Shown here: positions 18,652-29,637 of the stretch, one piece after another
How positions within the stretch are numbered: the stretch's first letter is position 1
Layout: each line of letters begins with the position of its first letter
Source: Terriglobia bacterium
Lineage (GTDB): Bacteria; Acidobacteriota; Terriglobia; 2-12-FULL-54-10
NCBI GenBank assembly: GCA_963666975.2
Contig: CAXVYR010000002.1
Span: 128,001-192,000, forward strand
Direction of reading: 5' to 3'
DNA: 64,000 nt
Notes under the pieces: model-generated
The model's database searches: none
Seen by the model: only the letters and a program-made list of their open reading frames with translations
What the model was told of the DNA's origin: nothing
Program-made: the position numbers and the translations under genes

Positions 18652-20028
18652 TCACACTCCTTTGGAAGCTTCTTTTTTCGGCTCGGAATTTAGCGCCGGC
18701 TCCGTTGTTCCAGGACGCGAATCAGCAACCGGCTCCACCCGCAGCGTGAGGCTGTCCACTGCTTTCACCCGCACACTGCCTCCGGCGGACACACTTCCTA
18801 GACTGACAGCGTCCCATAATTCCCCGTGGACGTAAATTTTGATGGTGCCCTCGCGCGCATCGATGCTCTCGACCCTGCCGATTTCACCAATCAGCCCGCC
18901 CTCTCCTGTAGTGACCTTGGCGTGGCGTGATTTGATCACCAGCCGCAACAGGAAAACAGTAATCAGGCCAAAAGGCAGCGCCACAGATAACGCGGTCAGC
19001 AGCGAGATGCTGATGCCGGGCATGCGCGTATTGATCAGCATCAAGGCTCCCAGAACCATGGAGAGCACCCCGCCGGCTGCCAGAATCCCGCCGGTGATGA
19101 ATTTCGCTTCCAGAACAAAAAAGGTAATCGCCAGCAGGATCAGCGCCGCGCCCGCCCAGTTGATGGGAAGCAGCGAGAGGGCAAACAGGGCCATTATCAG
19201 AGCGATGCCCCCGGCCACCCCGGGAAAGATCAAGCCGGGGTTTGAAAATTCCACGTAAAGACCCAAAATTCCCAGCGCCAGCAAAATGAAGGCAATGTTG
19301 GGGTCCAAAATGCGGGACAGGAACCTCTGCCGGAAACTGGGAGCATAGAGTTCGATCTGCGCGCCCTCCAGGTGCAGGACTTCCGTTTTTCCGTCAAAGC
19401 GGGTGACCTCGTACCCTTCGAGCTGCGCCAACAGATCCGCCCTGTCGGCGGCCACCAGCTCCACCAAGCCTCCCTCCAGGGCCTCGGCGTCGGTGAACGA
19501 CTTGCTCTCGGTGACGCCCGTCTCAGCCAGTTCGACGTTGCGGCCTCGCTTGCTGACGATGCTGCGCAGGTACGCCGCCGCATCGTTCTCCACCTTCTCC
19601 TTCATCACCTCGTCCATCTGCTGCCCGCCCATAAACACGGGATGGGCTGCTCCGGTGTTGGTCCCCGGAGCCATGGCGGCCACATCCGCCGAGAGCAGAA
19701 TGAAGAAGCCCGCCGAGGCGGCGCGGCTGCCGCTGGGGGCGACATATACGATCACCGGCACCGGACTGGAGATGATCTTCTCGATGATCCGCCGCATGGA
19801 GCTGTCGAGCCCCCCCGGCGTGCTGATCTGGAGAAGGATGGCGTCGGCTCGCTGCCGGATGGCCTGCTCCATGCCTGCCGTGATGAATTCGGCCGAGACC
19901 GGGTGAACAATTCCATCCAGCCGGATCTCCACAATCTGGGGAGCCTGCGCGCGCGCTGCTGCGCCCAGCAAAAGCAGGGCGCAGCAAACGGCTGCCGGCA
20001 CAACAAATTTCGATGCGGATAATTTCAA
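18652..20028 (-). CDS. nfeD: NfeD membrane serine protease
   Basis: TPGG, RAASAG, GAAHPV; TM bundle; C-terminal OB fold GELWDA; paired with slipin. Confidence 0.9.
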   Translation of the reverse strand: MKLSASKFVVPAAVCCALLLLGAAARAQAPQIVEIRLDGIVHPVSAEFITAGMEQAIRQRADAILLQISTPGGLDSSMRRIIEKIISSPVPVIVYVAPSGSRAASAGFFILLSADVAAMAPGTNTGAAHPVFMGGQQMDEVMKEKVENDAAAYLRSIVSKRGRNVELAETGVTESKSFTDAEALEGGLVELVAADRADLLAQLEGYEVTRFDGKTEVLHLEGAQIELYAPSFRQRFLSRILDPNIAFILLALGILGLYVEFSNPGLIFPGVAGGIALIMALFALSLLPINWAGAALILLAITFFVLEAKFITGGILAAGGVLSMVLGALMLINTRMPGISISLLTALSVALPFGLITVFLLRLVIKSRHAKVTTGEGGLIGEIGRVESIDAREGTIKIYVHGELWDAVSLGSVSAGGSVRVKAVDSLTLRVEPVADSRPGTTEPALNSEPKKEASKGV

Positions 20029-20056
20029 ACGGTTCTCCTCCCGAACCGAAGCTTCC

Positions 20057-21670
20057 TTATCGGGAGACGCTTCTGGAATTCAGCTCCTCCATCAGGGTGG
20101 CTGCAGCCGGGCTGGCCGGCTCCAAGCGCATCGCCGCGTCCAATTGTTCTTGAGCCTCCTCTAATTCCCCTTGCTCCATATAGATTCTTGCCAGCAGCAA
20201 GTATCCCGAGGCGCTTTCCCTCTGCTCCAGCAGCCGGTTGGCGGCTTTCGAGGCTTCCTCCAATTGTCCCGCCCCCAGGTAAACGCCGGCCAGCTCCCGG
20301 TAGGCTTCTGCGTGATTCGGATCATAGTCGATCACATGCTGCAGTTCCTCGGTTGCTTCCCGGTCCGCACTCTCTTGCAAAAGCTGCTGCGCCCGCTCGA
20401 AATGCAGCGCGACGTGTTCTTCCAAAGAGAGTTTCTCGTGTTTTAATTCCGTCTGGAGCCGCACCAGCAACCGTAACTGGCGAAAGCTGGTGCCGTCAAA
20501 GTTATCCTTGGGGCGTTCCTGATTCTGGAACTGCTGGTCGCTCATCGCGGGGGAAAAGTCAGCCGATTGCTGCTCGAGAATCCTTGCCTGAGCCGCGCTC
20601 TCTTCCGCCTGACCCGTTTTTTCCAGGCATTTGATGTAGAGGACGCGCCAGGCAGGATGGTCGGCTTCTTCCAGAGCCGCCCGCAGGTGCGGGACCGCTT
20701 CCGCAAAGCTTCCTCGTTTCCAGTAGGCATATCCGAGATTGAATTGGTAATCGGGGTCCGTAGGATTGCTCTCCACCGCCTTTTCGAAATAGGAGACGGC
20801 GCCGGGAAGGTTTTGGCGCATCAGGGCAATCCCCAGATTGTTGTACACCTCGTTCAGCGGCAGTTGTTGCGCCACCGCCCGGAAGGCCGCCGAAGAACGC
20901 TCGTATTGCTCCAGATACAGGTAGGCCAGTCCGAGAAAATAGTTGGCCTCCAGGTAGTCTTCATCCCCGCGGCGCAATTTCGCCAGCCAAAGAATACTGG
21001 TCGGGTAGTCCCGGTCGTGGAAGTAGATCATTCCCAATTCAAAGGCCGGCTTGGTAAATTGCGGCTCCAGACGCTGGGCGGTTTGAAAATAGCGAATCTG
21101 TTCAGCCCGGTTATTGGCGAGCAAGCCCCGCATATAATTCTCAAAGGCCCCCAGGTTCGGTTCGCGGCCCGCCTGGAGAACATCCTCCCGGGGGAGCGCC
21201 CGGGCCGGCCTCACGAACCGCAGTATCTGCCAGGCAAGGCCCGTCTGCAACTCCATCAACTCTTCGAGCGGCGCCGACTCCGTGAACTTCCGGCTCAGGC
21301 TCGGCCCTTCCAAATCGAGCACCTGCGCGGTGGCCTGTATCAGCCCGTCGCGGGCTTCATAGCTCCCCAATATCAGCTTGTCCGCATCCAAAGCTTCGGC
21401 GACCTTATAGATCGTGGCGTAAGTTACGATGCTCGTGTGGGGGACTCCCAGGCTGTCAAACGCCGCCGCCCGCTCCCTCCGGTCGAGCATCATAAAACGA
21501 GGCGAGGCCAGCTTCGACGACAAGACCTGGGCAAAACTTTCGCCGATCCAATCCAGGTTGGAGTCTTGGGTGTGGTTCTCAAACGGCAGAACGATCCCAA
21601 CGTCAAACTGGGCAAATGCACTGAAGCTGCTGAACAAGACGGCAAGAACCGCTGCACGAAGATATTTCAT
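20057..21670 (-). CDS. Secreted TPR-repeat protein with TolB/CsgG-like N-terminal domain
   Basis: Signal peptide, VLPFEN...DWIGES, multiple TPRs. Confidence 0.8.
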   Translation of the reverse strand: MKYLRAAVLAVLFSSFSAFAQFDVGIVLPFENHTQDSNLDWIGESFAQVLSSKLASPRFMMLDRRERAAAFDSLGVPHTSIVTYATIYKVAEALDADKLILGSYEARDGLIQATAQVLDLEGPSLSRKFTESAPLEELMELQTGLAWQILRFVRPARALPREDVLQAGREPNLGAFENYMRGLLANNRAEQIRYFQTAQRLEPQFTKPAFELGMIYFHDRDYPTSILWLAKLRRGDEDYLEANYFLGLAYLYLEQYERSSAAFRAVAQQLPLNEVYNNLGIALMRQNLPGAVSYFEKAVESNPTDPDYQFNLGYAYWKRGSFAEAVPHLRAALEEADHPAWRVLYIKCLEKTGQAEESAAQARILEQQSADFSPAMSDQQFQNQERPKDNFDGTSFRQLRLLVRLQTELKHEKLSLEEHVALHFERAQQLLQESADREATEELQHVIDYDPNHAEAYRELAGVYLGAGQLEEASKAANRLLEQRESASGYLLLARIYMEQGELEEAQEQLDAAMRLEPASPAAATLMEELNSRSVSR

Positions 21671-21785
21671 TGGCTCCTCTGCCTTCTAATTATAGCAAAA
21701 GCGCAACCCGGCGTTCCCTTATCCGGCTCCTCAGAGTGTACCTCTAATCATTCAATCATTCACCCCAGAGAATACCCATTCGGAG

Positions 21786-21918
21786 TCTGTGTGAAAACTA
21801 CGGCGAAGGCAAATCAATCCGAGCCGCGCGCGAGCAAGCGGTCCCTCAGCCTTCGACAGCCTGTCCAGGTTTGGGAGACGCTCCTTGACAGTCGCGGCTC
21901 TGATGGTTTTCACACAGA
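21786..21918. mobile_element. MITE-like element carrying a REP dyad
   Basis: Perfect 13-bp terminal IR TCTGTGTGAAAAC; internal GAGCCGCG...CGCGGCTC. Confidence 0.65.
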
Positions 21919-21973
21919 GTATTCGCGACTCCTCCCCGGAGACTTCCGGGAGAGGCGAACCGAGGATGCCGGA

Positions 21974-22990
21974 CTACAACTCGCTGCTGTGCTTTTCTCT
22001 GTTGTCATACATTTGTGAATAGTACTTCTTATAGGATGGCCCCCTGGCAGATTCCACCCAGGCCGTGTTCTGGCGGTACCAGTTGAGGGTTCGTTCAAGA
22101 CCGGTCGCGAAGTCGATTTCGGGCTCCCATTGCAGCTCCCGGCGAGCCTTGCTGGCATTGAGCGCATAACGGAAGTCGTGCCCCGGCCGGTCCGCCACAA
22201 ATTGGATCAAGCTCTGCGGCTTGTCCAGCAACTGCAAGATGGTTTGCACCACCTGGAGGTTCGTTTGCCGCTGTTCGCTGCCCAGGTTGTACACCTCGCC
22301 GGGCCGGCCTCGCTGGAGGGCCAGCTCCAGGACCCGGCAATGATCTTCCACGTGCAACCACTCGCGGACCTGCTCTCCCTTGCCATATACCGGCAGCGGA
22401 CGATCCTCCAGCGCATTCGTCACCATCAGGGGAATGAGCTTTTCCGGATGCTGATAGGGCCCGTAGTTGTTGCAGGAACGGGTGAGGATTACCGGAAAGC
22501 GGTAGGTTTGAAAATAGGCGCGGGCCAGCAGGTCGCCGCCGGCCTTGCTGGCGGCATACGGGCTGTTCGGCTGCAAGGGGGAGGCTTCGGTAAACTCCCC
22601 CTCGGCTTCGAGAGCCCCATACACTTCATCGGTGCTGACGTGCAAGAAACCGGCGATGCGTTTGCGCCGCGCCGCCTCCAGAAGCCGGTGCGTTCCGAGA
22701 ACGTTGGTCTGAATAAAGATTTCCGAGGAATCAATGCTGCGGTCCACATGGGATTCCGCCGCAAAGTGAACCACCGCGTCCATTCCTTCCATCAGGTCTT
22801 CCAGGCCCGCGTCGCAGATGTCCCGGCAGACTAATTCTCCTCCCGGAGGCATTCCTTCGAGATTTGCCCTGTTCCCGGCATAGGTCAACTTGTCGAGGTT
22901 TGTGATGCGGTCTCCAGGGTGCTTCTGCAGCCAGTAGCGGATAAAGTTGGAACCAATAAAGCCCGCCCCGCCGGTTACAAGAAGTTTCAT
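21974..22990 (-). CDS. rfbB: dTDP-glucose 4,6-dehydratase
   Basis: GGAGFIG, DKLTYAG, AAESHVDRS, STDEVYG, YAASK and DRPGHD motifs. Confidence 0.96.
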   Translation of the reverse strand: MKLLVTGGAGFIGSNFIRYWLQKHPGDRITNLDKLTYAGNRANLEGMPPGGELVCRDICDAGLEDLMEGMDAVVHFAAESHVDRSIDSSEIFIQTNVLGTHRLLEAARRKRIAGFLHVSTDEVYGALEAEGEFTEASPLQPNSPYAASKAGGDLLARAYFQTYRFPVILTRSCNNYGPYQHPEKLIPLMVTNALEDRPLPVYGKGEQVREWLHVEDHCRVLELALQRGRPGEVYNLGSEQRQTNLQVVQTILQLLDKPQSLIQFVADRPGHDFRYALNASKARRELQWEPEIDFATGLERTLNWYRQNTAWVESARGPSYKKYYSQMYDNREKHSSEL

Positions 22991-23333
22991 TCAGCGCCTC
23001 CAGCGCCTCTAAAGAATCGGGCTTCTGCCCGCTGGCAGCCTCTCCCGTAAGTTTGCCCAACCGCCCAATGCAACCGATCCGTTTTCCCACTGGGAGATGG
23101 TTTTGCAGTTTATCATAACAAAATTGCCACTCTGGTTTCCAAAGGGCATTCCTCCGATGGGTTGCAGGGGGCCAGTAGGCAAGCGGAAAGCCTGAATAAT
23201 CGCTCCCGCCAGCCTGCCGGACCGGGCCGCATTGTTCGGTAGAGGGTTCGGCGGAGTGCCTCTCCGCCGGGCTACCTTGCTCCTGTTAGCCCTCCTCCGC
23301 AAAGATGGGCGAACACAAAAACTCTTTTGGGCG

Positions 23334-23366
23334 TTGACACTGATTTTGACGCTGTGTTAAAAATCA
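23334..23366 (+). promoter_or_regulatory. Putative sigma70 promoter of the nuo operon with overlapping dyad
   Basis: TTGACA plus AT-rich -10 at 17-18 bp; TGATTTTGAC-N5-GTTAAAAATCA. Confidence 0.45.
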
Positions 23367-23436
23367 TAGGCCCCTATTTACCCTGGCATGAGAAATCTTC
23401 CCCAGAAGAAGCGGAAAGGGAAACGGACGAGGTTTG

Positions 23437-24087
23437 ATGGCTGACGATCAACGCGAAGACAAGAAAGAGGAAGGCACCCCACAGCCTCCGCAGACTCCAG
23501 CCAAGCCCGCGGCGGAAACCCCTAAAGCAGAATCCAAGGCTCCAGCGCAGCCGCCGGCTCCTCCGAAGCCGCCTGCCGGACCTGCTCCCGAACCCTGGAA
23601 CTCTGAGTTGGCGGGATCGCTGCGGGAACGCTTCCCGGAGGTCTCCATAGAGGCCCTGAGCTACTTGGGACAAAACTTTCTTGTCCTGCCCCCGGAAAGC
23701 TTCCTCCCTGTGGCGGGATATCTCAAGTCGGAGTGCGGATTTGACATGCTGGCCGACCTGACCGCCGTGGACTATCCCAAAAGGGAAAAGCGGTTTGAGG
23801 TCATCTACCAGCTATATTCTTTTCCCAGAAATGAAAGGCTTCGCTTGAAAATTTCACTCGGCGAAGAAGAATCGGTGGAGAGCGCGATTCCCCTTTGGAG
23901 CACGGCAAACTGGCTGGAACGGGAAGTTTTTGACATGTTCGGAATTCGCTTTGCGAACCACCCCAACCTCAAACGCATCCTATTGCCGGAGGAGTGGCAG
24001 GGACATCCGCTGCGCAAAGACTACGGGCTGACCCAGCAGGACGTGAAGTGGGTGCAGGAAAATCTGCACATTGAGAGCGGCCAATGA
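23437..24087 (+). CDS. nuoC: NADH-quinone oxidoreductase subunit C
   Basis: DLTAVD, WLEREVFDMFGI, HPNLKRIL and GHPLRKDY motifs. Confidence 0.95.
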   Translation: MADDQREDKKEEGTPQPPQTPAKPAAETPKAESKAPAQPPAPPKPPAGPAPEPWNSELAGSLRERFPEVSIEALSYLGQNFLVLPPESFLPVAGYLKSECGFDMLADLTAVDYPKREKRFEVIYQLYSFPRNERLRLKISLGEEESVESAIPLWSTANWLEREVFDMFGIRFANHPNLKRILLPEEWQGHPLRKDYGLTQQDVKWVQENLHIESGQ

Positions 24088-24180
24088 GCGCGGCCTTAAT
24101 CCAAACGGGGATCGGAACAGGGATGGGAACGGGCACGGCGGTTGTGAACTCGGATACAGACGGAGCTAATATAGGTAGCG

Positions 24181-25293
24181 ATGCCGGATAAGACTTTCCT
24201 GGACGCCAACGAGATCATCATCAACATGGGGCCGCAGCATCCCTCGACCCACGGGGTGTTGCGCGTCATCCTGAAGCTCGACGGCGAGAAGGTGCTCGGC
24301 ACCGAATGTATCATCGGCTACCTGCACCGTGGCGTTGAGAAGATCGCCGAGAACCGCACCTACACCATGTTCAACCCCTACGTGGACCGCATGGATTATG
24401 TGGCCGCGGTCTCGAACGGCCTGGGCTACTGCGAAGCCGTGGAGAAGCTGCTGAACGTGGAGGCTCCTCCCCGCGCCAAATACGTGCGAACGATTCTCAC
24501 GGAACTGAACCGCATCTCCAGCCATCTGCTCTGGCTGGGAACGCACGCGCTCGACATTGGGGCGATCACTCCGCTGTTCTACACCTTCCGCGAGCGAGAA
24601 GAGGTTCTGAAAATCTTCGAGGCGTACTGCGGCGCACGGCTCACCACCCATGCCTTCCGGATCGGCGGGCTGCAATATGAGACCTATGACGGCTTCGAAG
24701 AGCAGGTGAAGGCCTTCTGCAACATTTTCCCGGCCAAGCTGGGCGAATACGAAGCCTTGCTGACCGGCAACCGCATCTGGCTCGGGCGGACAAAGGGCGT
24801 GGGAGTGCTGAAGACCGCCGAGGCCATTGAGATGGGTGTTACGGGCCCGGTGCTGCGGGCCAGCGGTTTGAAGTGGGACATCCGCAAGGCGCAGCCCTAC
24901 GCAGCGTATGAAGAATTTGATTTTGATATTCCGGTGGGGGAAAACGGCGACACCTTCGACCGGTACGTGGTCCGCATGGAAGAGATGCGCCAATCCTTGC
25001 GCATCATCGAGCAGGCGGTGGGCCGGATTCCCGAGGGCCCCGTCATGGGCAAGGTTCCCAAAATCATAAAGCCGCCTGCAGGCGAGGTGTACCACTCCAT
25101 CGAGGCGCCCAAGGGCGAGTTGGGCTATTTTGTGGTCAGCGACGGCAGCACGCAGCCCTACCGCGTTCGGATTCGCCCGCCCTCCTTCGTCAACTTGCAG
25201 GCGCTCGACCGGATGGTGCGAGGCCACTTGGTGGCGGATGTGGTGGCCATTATCGGAACGATTGATATAGTTTTGGGGGAAGTCGACCGCTAG
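24181..25293 (+). CDS. nuoD: NADH-quinone oxidoreductase subunit D
   Basis: [28 protein letters not shown] and DIVLGEVDR motifs. Confidence 0.97.
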   Translation: MPDKTFLDANEIIINMGPQHPSTHGVLRVILKLDGEKVLGTECIIGYLHRGVEKIAENRTYTMFNPYVDRMDYVAAVSNGLGYCEAVEKLLNVEAPPRAKYVRTILTELNRISSHLLWLGTHALDIGAITPLFYTFREREEVLKIFEAYCGARLTTHAFRIGGLQYETYDGFEEQVKAFCNIFPAKLGEYEALLTGNRIWLGRTKGVGVLKTAEAIEMGVTGPVLRASGLKWDIRKAQPYAAYEEFDFDIPVGENGDTFDRYVVRMEEMRQSLRIIEQAVGRIPEGPVMGKVPKIIKPPAGEVYHSIEAPKGELGYFVVSDGSTQPYRVRIRPPSFVNLQALDRMVRGHLVADVVAIIGTIDIVLGEVDR

Positions 25294-25416
25294 CGGCCCG
25301 ATTCCCTCCTGCAGAAAACCGTTGTGCATAGGCGGAATGAGTTGATTTTCGGCAAAGACGGCGTTTGTTCTTTGTGACTTCCTGTTTTACCCAATGGATC
25401 GAGGAGGCCCGCACAG

Positions 25417-26595
25417 TTGGCAGAGTTTCTAGCGGCGATTGAATCTTATCTGCAGCTTCCCTACGTGAAGCCGACCCTGTATATCGTCATCATTATTGCT
25501 GTGTTTCCTTTGATAGCCGGATACATCGTGCTACTGGAACGCAAGGTGATGGCCGATATCCAGGCCCGTTTGGGCCCCATGCGGGTCGGGCCTCACGGCC
25601 TGCTGCAACCGCTCGCCGATGCCGTGAAGCTGCTCCTCAAAGAAGACATTATTCCGGCCAAGGCCGACTGGCTGCTCTTCTGGGTGGCGCCCATCATCTC
25701 GGTGGTGACGGCCCTGGTGGCCTTTTCGGTGGTTCCTTTCAGCGACTGGTTTTTTATCACCGACACGAATATCGGCTTGCTCTTTATCCTGTCGATCTCC
25801 TCGGTGGGAATTCTGGGAATCATCCTGGGCGGGTGGAGCTCCAACAGCAGCTACCCGCTGCTGGGAGCGTTGCGTTCCACGGCCCAGATGGTCAGCTACG
25901 AGGTGGCGCTCGGATTTGCGATCATCGGCGGCCTGATGGTCGCCGGCACGCTCAGCATGCAAGAGATCGTTCGGGCGCAGCAAGAACAGCAGGTTTGGTT
26001 TATTTTTTACCAGCCACTGGCGTTTTTTATTTATGCGGTGGCGGCCATGGCCGAGACCAACCGCTCGCCCTTCGACCTGCCGGAGGCGGAATCGGAGATC
26101 GTTGCCGGGTATCACACCGAATACAGCGGCTTCCGGTTTTCGCTTTACTTTTTGGCGGAGTACACCAATATAGTGATCGTCTCTTCCATCGCCGTCACGC
26201 TCTTCCTGGGAGGGTGGCTGCGCCCCTTCCCCAACGTGGAATGGCTGGATTTCCTGAACTACTGCCCCGCCGTGGCGATGCTCGCCATTGCAGGCATGTC
26301 CTTTTTGGGGGCTGTGAGGGAAAAACGGTGGATGGAACAGGTGGGAATGGGCGGGCTGGGAGCCGTTTTTGCTCTTTTGGGATTATTGTTTCTCCTGCCG
26401 CCTGTGCTCGTCGCGGTTCAAGGCTTGTTCTGGTTTCTGCTGAAGGTTTTCTTGATCGTATATGGATTTATCTGGATTCGTTTTACGTTCCCGCGCTATC
26501 GCTATGACCAGCTCATGAAGCTCGGATGGTACTGGCTGATTCCCCTGGCCATCGCGAACGTGATTGTCACCGGCATCGTCATGGTGCTTTTGTAG
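25417..26595 (+). CDS. nuoH: NADH-quinone oxidoreductase subunit H
   Basis: ERK..A..Q.R.GP, AQMVSYE, PFDLPEAESE and PRYRYDQLM motifs. Confidence 0.96.
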   Translation: MAEFLAAIESYLQLPYVKPTLYIVIIIAVFPLIAGYIVLLERKVMADIQARLGPMRVGPHGLLQPLADAVKLLLKEDIIPAKADWLLFWVAPIISVVTALVAFSVVPFSDWFFITDTNIGLLFILSISSVGILGIILGGWSSNSSYPLLGALRSTAQMVSYEVALGFAIIGGLMVAGTLSMQEIVRAQQEQQVWFIFYQPLAFFIYAVAAMAETNRSPFDLPEAESEIVAGYHTEYSGFRFSLYFLAEYTNIVIVSSIAVTLFLGGWLRPFPNVEWLDFLNYCPAVAMLAIAGMSFLGAVREKRWMEQVGMGGLGAVFALLGLLFLLPPVLVAVQGLFWFLLKVFLIVYGFIWIRFTFPRYRYDQLMKLGWYWLIPLAIANVIVTGIVMVLL

Positions 26596-26629
26596 AGGCA
26601 GGCGCAATAATAGAGATCGGTTATCCGCA

Positions 26630-27136
26630 ATGGTTTTACACGATTTATTTTTCTATATCCTGGCCGCCATCATTCTGGGCGGCGGGATATTGACCATCAC
26701 CCGGCGGAATGCCGTCCACAGCGCCATCTTTTTGGTGATGACGCTGATCGGGGTGGCGGGATTGTTTCTGCACCTGCAGGCTGAGTTCCTGGCCGCCGTA
26801 CAGGTGTTTCTCTACATCGGGGGCATCACGGTGCTCTTCCTGTTCGTCATCATGCTGGTGAACCTGGACGAGGCCGCGAAGCAGAGACAGTTCAACCGCC
26901 AGTGGGGTCTCGCTTTGGGATGCGTGCTGCTTTTGGTGGCGGAGTTGGGATACTTTTTGTACCAAGGCAAAGATTCTTTTTCTTTTGCCGAATCTTCCGG
27001 GGCCCTGTTGCAAAACAATACGCAGGAGATCGCCATGTCCCTGTACCGCGACTATCTGCTGCCGTTTGAGATCGCTTCGCTGCTGCTGCTGGTGGCGATT
27101 GTCGGGGCAGTGGTCATGGCAAAAAAACAGATATAG
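26630..27136 (+). CDS. nuoJ: NADH-quinone oxidoreductase subunit J
   Basis: AEFLAAVQVFLYIGG..VLFLFVIML and PFEIASLLLL motifs. Confidence 0.95.
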   Translation: MVLHDLFFYILAAIILGGGILTITRRNAVHSAIFLVMTLIGVAGLFLHLQAEFLAAVQVFLYIGGITVLFLFVIMLVNLDEAAKQRQFNRQWGLALGCVLLLVAELGYFLYQGKDSFSFAESSGALLQNNTQEIAMSLYRDYLLPFEIASLLLLVAIVGAVVMAKKQI

Positions 27137-27151
27137 ACCGGGATTCAACAG

Positions 27152-27460
27152 ATGCCGCCTGTCACACCAGTACATTATTTATTCTTGAGCACGGCCCTGT
27201 TCACCATCGGGGTGATCGGCGTGCTCACGCGGCGGAATGTGATTATTATCTTGATCTCCATTGAGTTGATCTTTAACGCCGTCAACATCAATCTGGTGTT
27301 CTTTTCCAGCCTGTTTGCCTCTGTCTCGGGACAGACCTTCGCCATTTTTGTGATCGTGGCCGCGGCGGCGGAGGCGGCGGTGGGGCTGGGCATCATCATC
27401 GCCTTGTACCGAAACAAGGAAACCGTCAACGCGGACGAAATCGACTTGATGAAGTGGTAA
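27152..27460 (+). CDS. nuoK: NADH-quinone oxidoreductase subunit K
   Basis: RRN....SIELIFNA and AAAEAAVGL motifs. Confidence 0.96.
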   Translation: MPPVTPVHYLFLSTALFTIGVIGVLTRRNVIIILISIELIFNAVNINLVFFSSLFASVSGQTFAIFVIVAAAAEAAVGLGIIIALYRNKETVNADEIDLMKW

Positions 27461-27528
27461 AAAACGCTGAAATGGTGATGAAACGCCAAAACGGTGAAGA
27501 ACAAAACTGGTAAAGAAATAGTCGCGCA

Positions 27529-29577
27529 ATGAACTTCCTCGAATCCATCTGGATGATCCCGCTGTTCCCTCTGGGCGGCGCCTTGGTCATGTTGTTTTTC
27601 GGCAAGAGGCTTCCCAATAAACTGGTCAGCCTGATCTGTCCCGGAACGGTCCTGGTCTCTTTTCTGGTTGCCCTCGGTGCCGTGTGGCAGCTCGCTTCGC
27701 TGGCCGAGCGAAGATTTGAAACGGTCCTCTACACATGGGTTCCGGGAGCGCTGTTCCACATGACGAACGGCCAGGAATCTCAGTTGCAGGCCGATTGGGG
27801 CTTCCTGCTTGATCCGCTCTCGGCCGTCATGGTGCTGGTGGTCACCGGAGTCGGTTTCCTGATTCACGTCTATTCGGTCGGCTACATGGCCCACGAAGAC
27901 GGTTTCTACCGTTTCTTTGGATACATGAACCTGTTCATGTTTTCCATGCTTACGCTGGTGCTGGCCAACAATTACCTACTCCTGTTTGTGGGCTGGGAGG
28001 GAGTGGGGCTCTGCTCTTATTTGCTAATCGGGTTTTACTTCCATAAGAAGTCTGCCTCGGACGCGGGGAAAAAGGCGTTCATCGTGAACCGCATAGGGGA
28101 CGCTGGGTTCATCCTCGGCATGTTCTTCATGCTGGCGACGTTTGGTTCCGTCAACTTCGGCAAGGTGAACGAGGCGGCGGTGGAGGTGGCGAACGGCAAC
28201 TTCGCCGTGGAAGGCTCCGTGTTGATGGTGATGACCCTGCTGCTCTTCGTCGGGGCTGTAGGAAAGTCCGCGCAGTTTCCGCTGCACATCTGGCTGCCGG
28301 ACGCCATGGAAGGACCCACGCCGGTCAGCGCCTTGATTCACGCCGCCACCATGGTCACCGCCGGGGTCTACATGGTAGCCCGTTCGAACATGCTGTTCGT
28401 GCTGGCCCCCACAACCATGGCTATTGTGGCCGGTGTCGGCGCCTTCACCGCCATCTTCGCAGCCACCATCGGACTGGCACAGAACGACATCAAGCGGGTG
28501 CTGGCCTACTCCACGGTCAGCCAACTGGGCTACATGGTGATGGCTTGCGGCGTCGGCGCTTTCGGGGCCGGAGTGTTCCACCTTTCGACGCACGCCTACT
28601 TCAAGGCCCTGCTATTCCTGGGCGCAGGCAGCGTGATCCACTCCCTCTCCGGAGAGCAGGACATGCGCAAGATGGGGGGCCTGCGCCACAAGATACCCAT
28701 CACCTACTGGACGTTTCTGTTCGCCTCCCTGGCGATCATCGGGACGCCTCTGTTTTCTGGCTTTTTCAGCAAGGATGAAATTCTCTGGCTGGCATTCTCC
28801 AGCTCGCCCGTTCTCTGGGTGGTGGCGTTCGTGACGGCGGGCCTGACGGCCTTGTACATCTGGCGGCTGGTTTTTCTTACTTTCTTCGGCGAATCGCGCC
28901 TCGACCCGGAGGTTGCCAGCCACGTCCATGAGTCGCCCCGTTCGATGACGATCCCGCTGATGGCGCTGGCCGGCCTCTCGCTCGCCGGCGGATGGATCGG
29001 CTGGCCGCAATTTCTAGGTGGCAGCAATCGTTTTGAGCATTGGCTCGAGCCTGTCTTCGGCCATGCCGCCGAGGTGATGGCCGCCGGGGCCGCTCATGAG
29101 GCGATGCATTCCGTCTTTCAGGAGTGGCTCCTGATGGGGCTCTCGGTGGGGATCGCCGCTTCGGGAGTCTATGCGGCGTATTATTTTGTCATCAAGCGCC
29201 GCGAGGCTGCCGACCGTTTGGTCCAGGCCACCGGCGGCGTTCACCGCGTGCTCCAGAACAAATACTACGTCGATGAGGTCTTTAACGCGGTTTTCGTGGA
29301 CGGTCTCGCGAAGGGGGGCGGCACTGCCTTATGGAAGTTTGACGCCTCTGTAATCGATGGGGGTGTCAACGGCGCTGCCTGGCTGACCCGATTCACCTCC
29401 ACCCTCTCGATCTGGTGGGACACATGGGTGGTGGACGGAGCGGTCCGGCTGAGCGCCTTCATGGTAAAGGTGACCTCTTACCCGGTGCGCCTCCTGCAAA
29501 CAGGGCTGCTGCAGGCTTACGCATTGTTTATTGTGCTCGGAGTATTGATCTTTTTTAGCTACTACCTGCTGCGCTGA
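27529..29577 (+). CDS. nuoL: NADH-quinone oxidoreductase subunit L
   Basis: GWEGVG, GKSAQFPLHIWLPDAMEGPTPVSALIHAATMV motifs. Confidence 0.97.
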   Translation: MNFLESIWMIPLFPLGGALVMLFFGKRLPNKLVSLICPGTVLVSFLVALGAVWQLASLAERRFETVLYTWVPGALFHMTNGQESQLQADWGFLLDPLSAVMVLVVTGVGFLIHVYSVGYMAHEDGFYRFFGYMNLFMFSMLTLVLANNYLLLFVGWEGVGLCSYLLIGFYFHKKSASDAGKKAFIVNRIGDAGFILGMFFMLATFGSVNFGKVNEAAVEVANGNFAVEGSVLMVMTLLLFVGAVGKSAQFPLHIWLPDAMEGPTPVSALIHAATMVTAGVYMVARSNMLFVLAPTTMAIVAGVGAFTAIFAATIGLAQNDIKRVLAYSTVSQLGYMVMACGVGAFGAGVFHLSTHAYFKALLFLGAGSVIHSLSGEQDMRKMGGLRHKIPITYWTFLFASLAIIGTPLFSGFFSKDEILWLAFSSSPVLWVVAFVTAGLTALYIWRLVFLTFFGESRLDPEVASHVHESPRSMTIPLMALAGLSLAGGWIGWPQFLGGSNRFEHWLEPVFGHAAEVMAAGAAHEAMHSVFQEWLLMGLSVGIAASGVYAAYYFVIKRREAADRLVQATGGVHRVLQNKYYVDEVFNAVFVDGLAKGGGTALWKFDASVIDGGVNGAAWLTRFTSTLSIWWDTWVVDGAVRLSAFMVKVTSYPVRLLQTGLLQAYALFIVLGVLIFFSYYLLR

Positions 29578-29637
29578 CGCAACGGGAACCAGGGCAACTC
29601 CGCAAGGCGGCTAAATCCGAACAAGGACTGAAAGAAA

